DNA from: Styela clava
Lineage: Eukaryota
DNA length: 64,000 nt
Assembly: GCF_964204865.1 (NCBI RefSeq)
Contig: NC_135254.1
Location: forward strand, 16,182,001 to 16,246,000
Direction of reading: 5' to 3'
In this document: piece by piece, positions 12,621 to 23,200 of the stretch
How the letters are laid out: every line of letters begins with the position of its first letter
Numbering within the stretch: the stretch's first letter is position 1
The notes under the pieces: generated by a model
Told to the model about the DNA's origin: nothing
The model's database searches: none
Seen by the model: only the letters and a program-made list of their open reading frames with translations
Made by a program: the position numbers and the translations under genes

Positions 12621-15600
12621 CTCATAGTAAAACTTGAATGAGATTTCAGCATATCGTCGCAATAGACTTGAATAGATACAAGTATAGATATACATGTACC
12701 TGTGTATGGCGTTACTCAATTCGGACTTCTCAGACACGAACTAATTACCACGTGTTACTCCAATGATTATTCAACACCAAAACAGCTTTTATCAAAAATC
12801 GACATCTCGTTATACCGAACTACAGAATTGTTGAATGTAATTGACAGGGTCATTTGGCAGCGGATATATAGCCTACGCGGTTGTTTTATATCATTTCGAC
12901 ATTTCGGTTTCAAATTTGCTGAAAATCATAGTCAATAGTAATTAAGCTCATCATTTTAGTCAAATAATCTTAATATCTCACATTAAAATAAAAACAACAT
13001 ACATCGATTGGATGTGTGTTTAACCCTACCTAAAGCCGACATCCTCAACGCGTTATAGGAAAAAATAAATGAACTCAACGAGGGCATATTGATATACAGA
13101 ATATAATATTGTTATGCACAAACTAGGAACTCAATTTGAGTGCTTTCCGTAAATATTTTCATTCACTTTCTGTATTTGGAGATTTTCTGAGATTTGATTT
13201 TGGTTAGATGGCAAATGTAGCTCAATAATAAACGTATACTTGTTGTGTGCCACCGATAGGGATGGGAAAACTGTTGAAGCCCACGTTCTCAAGCGTCGTG
13301 GGGCTTAAAAATCCAACAGATGTCCTATGCCACGCAGAACTTGAAGACGGTACCTGAATATTCGCATATCTATTTCGGATGATCATCCGTTTGTCCAAAA
13401 TGGTGTACATCCGCATTCAAATATGACAAATAAGAACTTGTTAATTAACTAAAAGGACGGATACTGTGCTAGCGTCCAGCACCGCTCAAGATTGGGAAAG
13501 TCGTTTCAAAGACGGGTGTATGAAGCAGAAAAATTTTACAAGTTACAATTTTCGTGAAAATCTGGATATTTGTCGGAGAAAGCCAGTTAATATTCCTAAT
13601 ATTTCCTACACAAAACCATTTGACAAAAAAGAAGTTGATAAATGAAGGATGCTCCATATATTTGAAATTGTATTTATTATAAGAAAGTGGAATGTTCTGC
13701 AATATTTGCGCATAGTATGATGCATGCTTACAATTTCGCCGTCGAAAAAATATCAATAATTCAAAATTGATAGTACAAAATCAAGGTTGGACAAAATAGC
13801 TGGGATTAAACTTCTATATAGTTAGTCAATCTATTAGTCAATCTTACACAGAATAAATCCCAGTTCCAAATGTATTATATATCATATATCAATGTTAAGT
13901 AGCGAGGTTGGTGTCAAACGTCTATCCATTAAAATTAATTGATTCCATAAGTGAATGAATTTAATTTTTTGACCACTGGGAATAAAAGCTGGCTCGCAAT
14001 TACGTAAAAACGTCATACCTGTATAATTTGATAAGTTTTGGTCCGAATTCAAATATGATTCTGTTTACAAGGCACTGTGAAATCGACAAAGCCAGCCATC
14101 GACCAATAATAATTCTTAATAACAAAAAATAAATTCCTATAAATATGCTAATGCACATTTGAACTAAAAGCATTGTTGACTCCCTAAGCCAAACAATGCT
14201 TTTTTAATAAAGATTTAAATAGGCAAGAATAAAATAACTATGCATATAAATAATCTTTCAGAAAAATTTGTTCATCACCAATGTATAATTGGACAAAATT
14301 ATATCGTATCAATCAATTATCCACGAGAATAAAATATGTTATTAGGTTACAATTCAGCATGCTGCAACCATTATTCAATCCTTTGTATTTATGAATGTAG
14401 CAATGTTCAAAAATCGACCAGTAGCTGGAACTACCCTCACTGTACCAACACCAAATATGGGCTACTGATAGATACGCTCTGACTGGAAAATCACAGAGTG
14501 GGGTTGACATGTCCATTAGTCATTAGTCCAATCACTTTGGCATAATATGTATTAAAACTCGAAAATTACTGTATTTTGTTGTTTTCTTTGTGTGTCTGTC
14601 GATACCAATCAAAACATATGCAGCGATTATAAATGAAGATTGATAAAATGATTTTTTCAAATGACCCTATTTCTATAAATTCTCAAAAAAATTTTCATAT
14701 ACCGAATTGTATAGAAATACTGATTTCAGAAAACTTGCCATATTTTTTGAATCTCAAATCCACCATTTACAAATAGATGTTTAACAAAGTAACATGTTCT
14801 GTAATAGACACAGTCTGAAGAATAAAATTTGTTTCTGTCAAAGTTGACTAATAGAGAGAAACATAATATGCTTTTTATAATTTTATAACCCATGTATGAA
14901 AAAAAAAGAACAGAAGAAATTGCAAATAAATAGTCCACCCTATATTAGGAAATTTGCAGCCCATCTGGCTAACAGTATGATAGATAATATACAAAAAATA
15001 AGAAAATTATGCGAAAAGAAAATCATATAAATAATAGCAGAAAGATGCAAGAAAGAGTACTAAAACTTTAAAAATTAAAAACACCAAAAATATTGTTACA
15101 TAAATTAAATCATATCATAAAATGTCAGTCCAAAATTCAAATTAATAAAAAAATTATAATATTTATAGCAGAATATTTTTGAAGGGAAGTATTGAAAGTG
15201 AAAATACTATTGTCTTGTAACAGCATTTATTTTTCAAATCAAATCATTAGAAGTCACTTTTAATTTTTTAATAATTTAACTTAAATGATATACCAAATGT
15301 TAATTATTTTTCTTTGTCTGTAAGGCAGGGGTAGCACATACTTTGCTAAGTTTTTTATCAAAATTTGGGGTGGCAATGGATTGTTTTAATTCAATAATGA
15401 CAGTATGGTACTCATTAAAGAGGTAAAGCTCTGTACACCTAAAATAATATGAGCAGCAAAGTTCTGAAATTCCACTTTTAGATTTTTAACTATGTAAAAA
15501 AAAAAGCAAAAATTATTTTCAAATGAAATTAAACACTTTTGAATATGTGATCTGATTGATTACAATTATTATTTTATTACACCAATTATTTTATTAATTA

Positions 15601-16405
15601 TTACTTCCTATAGTTCCTAATGACAGTAATTAGAATAAAGCAAAATTTGAAGATTTTGATAACGAGGTGAGAATACTGCTCAGAATAAATCAGGAAAAAT
15701 AAAATCAGCTTCAATAATATTTCATTTCAAAATTGAATATTTTTATATATATACATACAATATAAAAAGCTTGAGGCAATCATGGATGCTTTTGAAGTCA
15801 AATAGTTAAAATCAATATCAGTAATACAGCAGAGTTTAATGAAGGCATTAAAAATATTATTAGTCCACTTTAAAGTTAATTACACAAATTAAAATTTACA
15901 ATGATTTTAATTAGGGTATCTCATGGTGTCTTGGGTATACTTGTGTAACATTTTCAGCCCATATTCATTAAACCAAAGACAAGTCTTCAATTCAAAACGG
16001 CTTACGCTCGATTTATTGTCGAGAACAATTTATCAGAAAGATTATTAAGAAACATCACAAACTCTCAAAAATCATACACTACACACAAGAAAAATCACTG
16101 AAATGAATTTGAGAAAACAAAAAAATTTTCCCCAATTTTTTTTAACAATTGTGGGAGATTTGTACTAAAATGATCTATTTATTTGGCAAAAATGCAGTGG
16201 CAGAATAAGTTTCCCAGATTTAATAAAATAGTATTACGTAAAGTATTATAATATGGGAGAAATATAAGCAATATATCAACAATTAAATACATTACCATAG
16301 AGTAATATTGATAAAGTTAAATAAAGTAAAGAACAAGAAAATAAATGTATTACAAGTAAATAAATGGATTAAGAACTAATGTTTCTTTAAAACTAACGAA
16401 CAAAC

Positions 16406-18046
16406 TTAAAATTTATAAGGTACTTTTCTTCTCTTATCTTGTGAAATATGACCATTATGGCCTGACAATGGCTTAGGTCGTTTCATGGGAGTTAAAGAGC
16501 CTGTGTCATTAACAACAGATTTAGGTTGTAGCTTCATCTTTGCACACCATAATTTGAAACAATTAAGACTCGCATCAACCTTGTCATCACTTATGCAATA
16601 AATTTGAATCTCAGATTCTTCGAATACATCGGGTAGCATAGGTGAAACATCTTCCTTACGAATATGATATGGTTTCCCAGGATCTGATTTTGAGAAAAAC
16701 TTGAATGAATCTATCGGATTTTTATCATGCATACCATAGCTGAACTTTGTGGTATTTGCAATCAAGTCACCTTTCATCAGTATTCCAGATGTATCGAATG
16801 CAGCAATTTGATCGCATACTTCGTCTAATTTCATAGGCGAGATAGGCCTTGCTGCCCCAATGATTTGATATAGTTGCCTTCTTAAAATTCTTTCCAAAAT
16901 TTTGCGAGCCGGTTCCAACTGTTTTTCATTTGAGTGTAAAATTTTATCAAAAATATTATCATTCAGTTTCGTAAAAGCAACTGGATCATTAACACATTCA
17001 GAGACCGAGCATTCTACTCCACCGGTACCAACATATTTTATATACGGCTCCGCGAGAACCATAGCGTCACAAATCATGTGGTCAATAGCATTGGCAACTC
17101 TATGTTGGTATGCCCTGCGGTGTAAAACACTTCGAGTGTGAAACATCTCATATAGATTGTAACTTTCTTTGTCTCTTGCACAAATTTGTAACCGTTCACC
17201 TTCTACTTTTAAAACTTTGATGAACTGCATAAATCGATTGTGATCAAAACTATTACGAATTCCAAGATGATAACAATCTCTAGCAAAATAATCCCATTTA
17301 TCGACATCTACCTTGTTTCTCTCATTTGATACGATTTCATAAAGAAAACTTTTATCTTCACCACGACCTTTATATGGCCAAATACCATTTGTTACAGATC
17401 TATCCACACCAGCAATCATCTCTTTCACAAATGTTACATCGGTTTGAGTTATGCCATACATATCAAATTGAGATTCTAAACAATTTGCTTTGATTAAATG
17501 ATCGATCATCATGCATGAACCTTTTTCATGCGTCCATGTCGAGTTCGGTTTAACACTAGGTAAAAAACGCCCATCAAACATGTGAGAAAATGGGCCATGA
17601 CCTAGATCATGACACAATCCCGCCATTTCAACACATAGAACATCCGTATTAGTAATATTCAAACTTCTCTGATTCTTTTGAAGTAATCTTGCTAACTTAC
17701 CAGCTAAGTGTGAAGTGCCAATACAGTGTTCAAAACGATTGTGTGAACCACCAGGATAGACAAAATAAGTAGCGCCAAGTTGTTTCACATTGCGAAGGCG
17801 TTGAAACTGGGGGGTGTCAATAATTTTCACTAAAAGTGGGTGCAGCATAATATGACCGTGAATAGGGTCATTAAAAACTTTGTATACAACTGAATCGCTG
17901 ACAGAATCATCATCATCATTATTTACAAAGTGAACACTGACTTGACTCTCTTGACTTAAAGTAATGTCATCATCATCATCCAAAATATTACTTAATAAAT
18001 CATTGCCACCATTTCCAACAGTTTCAAATAGTTGATTATCTTCCAT
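16406..18046 (-). CDS. SAMHD1: Deoxynucleoside triphosphate triphosphohydrolase SAMHD1 (HD domain, no SAM domain), single coding exon, 546 aa
   Basis: Uninterrupted ORF with KVFNDPIHGHI, IIDTPQFQRLR, HNRFEH, LCHDLGHGPFSH, WTHE, DVDKWDYFARD, ICARDKE, HRRAYQH and GMHDKNPI motifs. A splice acceptor lies at 18115-18116 in the 5' UTR. Confidence 0.97.
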   Translation of the reverse strand: MEDNQLFETVGNGGNDLLSNILDDDDDITLSQESQVSVHFVNNDDDDSVSDSVVYKVFNDPIHGHIMLHPLLVKIIDTPQFQRLRNVKQLGATYFVYPGGSHNRFEHCIGTSHLAGKLARLLQKNQRSLNITNTDVLCVEMAGLCHDLGHGPFSHMFDGRFLPSVKPNSTWTHEKGSCMMIDHLIKANCLESQFDMYGITQTDVTFVKEMIAGVDRSVTNGIWPYKGRGEDKSFLYEIVSNERNKVDVDKWDYFARDCYHLGIRNSFDHNRFMQFIKVLKVEGERLQICARDKESYNLYEMFHTRSVLHRRAYQHRVANAIDHMICDAMVLAEPYIKYVGTGGVECSVSECVNDPVAFTKLNDNIFDKILHSNEKQLEPARKILERILRRQLYQIIGAARPISPMKLDEVCDQIAAFDTSGILMKGDLIANTTKFSYGMHDKNPIDSFKFFSKSDPGKPYHIRKEDVSPMLPDVFEESEIQIYCISDDKVDASLNCFKLWCAKMKLQPKSVVNDTGSLTPMKRPKPLSGHNGHISQDKRRKVPYKF

Positions 18047-18566
18047 ATTCCCGTAAGGTATTTTAAACTGTTCTAGTTATTAGCATTCAGATTTATAAAG
18101 TACAATACCTTAACCTGTAAAAGCTAAGAAGCAAAAGTTTCATGATTATAACATATACAGATATAAAGCTAGCATTTCATCAAACAGTTATTTTTAATAA
18201 AAAGTCTGCCTTCTGGCTTTCAACCCACCAAGTCTGCAAGTAAACGAATTGAATTTTGCAGTTTTGTATATTTACCTCACTTACAGACTAATGATAATCT
18301 GAATTATTACAGAAATTTCTCACAGATTTGCTGAATTTCCATTTATCAGTTTATCCTCAAACTGTTAAAAGAGTATTAAAAAACAAAGTGAAAAAATGTC
18401 TTAGAATTAGGGTTTAAGTTAAGTGAAGGAATTCGTTTTGAAGATCGCTATCTTCATAATATTTTATTGCTAGGCTGGTCGTATAGGCATGTTGTTGTAT
18501 ATTTTCAGATTAATATGGTAGCCTACCTGCCTACTGTACCGGTATACCGGCTGGCTGACCGGTACG

Positions 18567-18904
18567 GTAGGATTTACATATTTATCGCGGGGAGATGAAA
18601 AGTCGATAAGACGGCTTATCCATATGGCGAACCAAGGCCTCTCGTCCGGTTACCATTCCAAGTCGGGTATGGGATTAGTTATATTGTTTGTTTTCGGAAG
18701 CATTGACTTGGTGGTGGAGGAAGCTGTAACCGACCAGCGGTTACGTGAACCACCCAACGACGGCGAGGAGTCCAGCAATCGTCTCGCACATAACCATCTC
18801 TGCATGGGATTCGAACCTACGAACCCACACAGAGTAATTAGAGGTGCGGTGGCGAGCGTATTTCTAACGCTCAGCCTGTCTGGCCTGTTGAGCCACACCG
18901 CCGC
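18567..18904 (-). mobile_element. tRNA-derived SINE, near full length
   Basis: The minus strand begins GCGGCGGTGTGGCTCAACAGG (Pol III A box) and contains GGTTCGAATCCC (B box). Decayed copies of its 3' half occur at about 20015-20075, 22340-22430, 58800-58895 and 61030-61160. It does not form a clean cloverleaf. Confidence 0.8.
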
Positions 18905-19188
18905 TCCAAATTACTGTATTACAGTATTACAATACACAGATACAGCAATACGGTACCGGTATATTACCATGCAGGTACTGATAAGTACAGTACCGTACAT
19001 ATCACCTCTGCCATCTTTGAATATTTAGAGGCTCATACCCGTACCAAACACTAACACCGCTGCACATGGACACAGAAGTCTTACAAAAAGCTGACGTCTG
19101 GCAGGAGACAACCTCAAACCTTACTTGAGGTTAAATTTGCTCTACCGATTCTATAATCAGTTTTGTTTTTATCAATTAGATTTATTAG

Positions 19189-19321
19189 AGGGTGCATGCC
19201 GCACATTCGCGTGTTTTAGTCCATTATGATCTTGTGCATACATCCCGTCTTCAGTATTGATAATTACTAACTCTTTTATATTGTTTTTACGAGACGAATA
19301 AACATACATAAATACATACAA
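19189..19321 (+). mobile_element. 3' end of a non-LTR retroelement with (CATA)n tail
   Basis: About 130 bp ending AATAAA-CATACATA..., closely similar to 51461-51589. Confidence 0.7.
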
Positions 19322-20203
19322 TTATTTCATCGTCTATTATGCTATTATGGAGTCGAAAAAAATTTATACTTATGTACATGCGAAACGTTAACAGAAATAC
19401 CTAAACTACCGGTACCGTACAAAACTATAAATGCCCTACCTACGTCTATACGTGATCGCAGCAAACCCGTTCGAGTCATTTGAATAAGACAAGACATTCA
19501 GACTTTTGAAATCAGGCGACGTAGGGGTTATTTTGCTGATTTTGCTTGCTCTAACACGCCCCCTTATGTAGCAACATTTTCCACAGGTCACTTGGCTGCT
19601 CGACCATATAAAATACCGGTAACAAATTTTATATAAAGGCAGTACTGAGAGTTTCAATTAGTAGTACGCACACCAATGTAATATTTTCAACGGTCGGCTG
19701 TTTGAAACACATATTACGTCGTTCTGCTTCGCAGTTTTGAATCTTATGGGAGAACGATGTGCGAGATTGCTGAACTAGTTCGAGATCGCGGTCGGTATTA
19801 TTTTTAGACGTTGATAGCGCTGTATACGAGTCTACTTTCTTCATATTCGAGGAATTTAGCATATAGGTAAGTCGCATTAATTTTATACCTCCTGACGTCA
19901 TACTTATTGACTCATACCTGCAACCAGTACCAGCTTTGAATTTCAGTCTCGTACTTCGTGGAATTGAAGCCGTTGTAATTTGATTGCAATGTCTGCCTGA
20001 CCTCAAATTTCGCGATATGATTAGGCTGTCTAAATGTCTTTCCTCTCCCCCGGAATAAATACGTGAATCCTATCTTTATTATCAGGTATCCAAAATTAAT
20101 TAAAAAAAAACGTTGGCCACTTGAAAAATTGGTTGTGAGTCACTAAACCTATCTCTACCAACCACCAACAAAAAGACAATTATATTTTAAGATATGCAAA
20201 CTT

Positions 20204-23200
20204 TCAAACTTTTTTCAACACAAATTTACAAAAAACAGTAAACGGTAATTTATCATTGCGTCGCTGTAGATGTGGATGAAAAACATTAAAATCTCCCAGT
20301 CTCAAACGTTCCAGATACCAGTCCATAGAGGCCTGCAAAATAATGGAATCGATTCAATTTTATTGCAGTTGCTTTTAGGCAGGTCACTTAGTTGGAAGTC
20401 ATGGAAGAATCAAAACTAGTTATTTATCATCATGTCTCATCAGGCACATTGCTACATTAAACTCACCAGTAACAGTCCGATCTCATTCATGTACTAGGGA
20501 AAATATGTCTGACCTTGACTAAAACGGGCGCGTCTAGTGAAGTAAACGCTGTAACTGCCCAAATAACGTCAACAAAAATGTGATGTGAAATTTTATTGTA
20601 ATAAAAAAGTGTGTTTGTCCCAGAAATATATTTTTGAAACACGCGTTTAGTTTAAATCAAACCATGCCATTTAGGGTCTTGTGTTCACGCAAGTTGTACT
20701 TTTATTTTTTATTTAAAATGAAAATTTTGGCTAAATTTTCACATGAGATTTTTATTTGGCGTTATTTAAGCACTTATTAAACTTTTAAAGCAGGGGTCAA
20801 CAACCTCCGGCCCGCGACGCCTAATTATAGTAACAAAACAGCTGTTTTGACGACTATATTCTTTAGTAAAAGAATTTATTTTGAGACACGTGTTGACTTA
20901 AATTATATTATAACCTAACAAGTATATAATTCACAATTACGCGATTAATTAATTTAAATATAATTAGACAAATGGCAGCAAAACGCAGGAAAGTTGATGC
21001 TGAGTGCAAATGGTTTATTGGCGCAGAAAATATTCAAATGGTCAGTTTTCGCGCGCTGCTTAAAATTTAACTTCTGATCTGTGTGAAAAAGTGATTCATC
21101 GCTCATCCGTTCGATTTTTAACTTTCTAAAAATATGTGCGGCTTGCAATGACTTGCAACCTTTGATGTTGGCCCAGAGTGACAAAAGGTTGCCGACCGCT
21201 GTCTTAAAGCACTCATTTTTACACCACATTTGTGTTTGGCGTTATTTGAGAAGATACCGCGTTTCCTTCGTGAGATCCATAAAGGCAACCACAAAGAGTT
21301 TGTGGCTTGATATAATAATATATATTCTGGTTGACTTTTATGAATAACAAAATCGATTACATTGTACATGTTAAATTGGTAAGAATTGAACCAGTGGCAT
21401 ACACAATGCTTTTTAAATAGACTTTTCAGAAAGTCTATGCTTTTGAGTTTTTAAGTTTACTGTTGATTCTAGCACAGACTCTTGACTCCAGCTTAATTCC
21501 AACCTTATATACCAGGTTGATAATAGTGCACTATTCGATGTGAATGAAAATTGCTCCAAATTAGGTAATGTGTAATTAATTACTGGGATTCACAAGCATT
21601 TGTTATAAGTATAAGACTAACAAAATGCAGAACAATTGATTCCTCTACTTACTGTATTTAAAAAAGCAATTTTTGCTTTCCTTGGGATTTTTATAGCAAT
21701 ATCTCGTGCATGTTGAAGGTGGATATGAGCCTGCAAAAATATGCAAAGTGAAATAAAAAATCAAAACAATTTTATATTTACATGTGATTGGATTGCCCTA
21801 TGTTAAATACTACTTTTTACTGATATCGAACCATGATAAAATTTGATAAACTTAAAAAGTCATATTTTGCTTACCTGGCTTGCGAGATCATAAATTAAAT
21901 CTCGAACATTTTGTTCCTCACTCCCTCGAAAAATTTGTTCTTGTGAGACTAAATGCTATGAAACAACAGAAGAATGATATTATAAACAATGCTGTAAACG
22001 TCTCCAAGTAATTCATAGAGCGTCAACAATAATATATTTTCAGCATTGGTTAGTATAATTGCTTAAAATAAAATAAGTGGAAATTTTATATGTATCCCAG
22101 GGGACAGGAAAGGCAATAAAATTCAAAAATTTACACGCGCACAGTCAGCAGTCTAACTTCGCTAACGTTACAACAGAAAGACCCCAGTTTCGTCAGTATA
22201 CTGTATTTGTTCATCATGAGCAAAATATGACACTTATACACATAAAAATAACGGGTCTAGTGAAATGAACACCGTAACTGCTCAAATAACGCCCAACAGA
22301 AATGTGATGTGAAAGGCAATGAGGCAGAAGATATAATGAACCATGTCCTCTTGTCCAATTACCAGTCCATCTCAGGCATGGAATTAGTTAACCAGTTATT
22401 CATTTCAGATGCATGGACTCGATGGTAAACGAATCTATATAACCGACCAGCAGTATGGAGATACCGAACCACAGAAGCAAGATAACACGCTTTTCTCATC
22501 GCTCAGCACGGTGCGATAATTTGAAGAATATGAAAAAAGCCATGAAAAAATTTTCTAATGAATCTGAACGTATAATTCAGGGGTGTGAAAGACAACTCAA
22601 TTCGGGAATATCTCGTCCATTTCTGAGTTTGAATTAAATATATTTCCATTCCAAATTTTCAGTTATCAAATTTTCGACTATAAAATTTGACATTGGCCAG
22701 CCATATTTTTAATTTGGTTTCGATTTCCCACTCTCGATAGAGAGTTCAAAATTTTGACTCTGATTTAAGCAAGCTCAGAAGGAGTAAGAAGAATGCAGAA
22801 GATTATCACCAATGCTGAAGAACTAATTCGAAAAAAAAAATTCGAGAAACCACCATTCAACCATTTTAGTTTTGTAAACATTTGATCAGTAACAGAAACA
22901 TACTTTTGAAAAAAATTCTGTCGGTAATTGAACTTTTCTTCTGGCAGCATGATATGGTGTAGATCTGATGGTGGTTATAATACCTTGCGCTTTACCAATG
23001 TGACTCGCTACATGATCGCTGTTAACATCTTCGATACCTAAGAAAAATTGATAATATCTTGACCGATATTCTAAACCAGTGAGTGGTACTCAAATTTGGA
23101 TTATCTGTGAAATCTATAAAAATACCTGGTTTTGCTCTGAGGCATTTCCATCAGTCCGGCACGTAATAATAATGGAAAGGCAACAAACAAAAAAAATACT

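Noticed and set aside
18780-18904. Possible tRNA gene
   Set aside because: The A and B boxes are present, but there is no clean cloverleaf and the 3' body is repeated elsewhere; it is better explained as a SINE.
18624-19028. 134-aa and 82-aa ORFs in the ORF track
   Set aside because: They overlap the GC-rich SINE and have no recognisable protein features.
19436-20006. Two minus-strand ORFs upstream of SAMHD1 as a possible SAM-encoding or separate gene
   Set aside because: No SAM-like pattern and no phase-consistent splice path to the SAMHD1 ORF were found.
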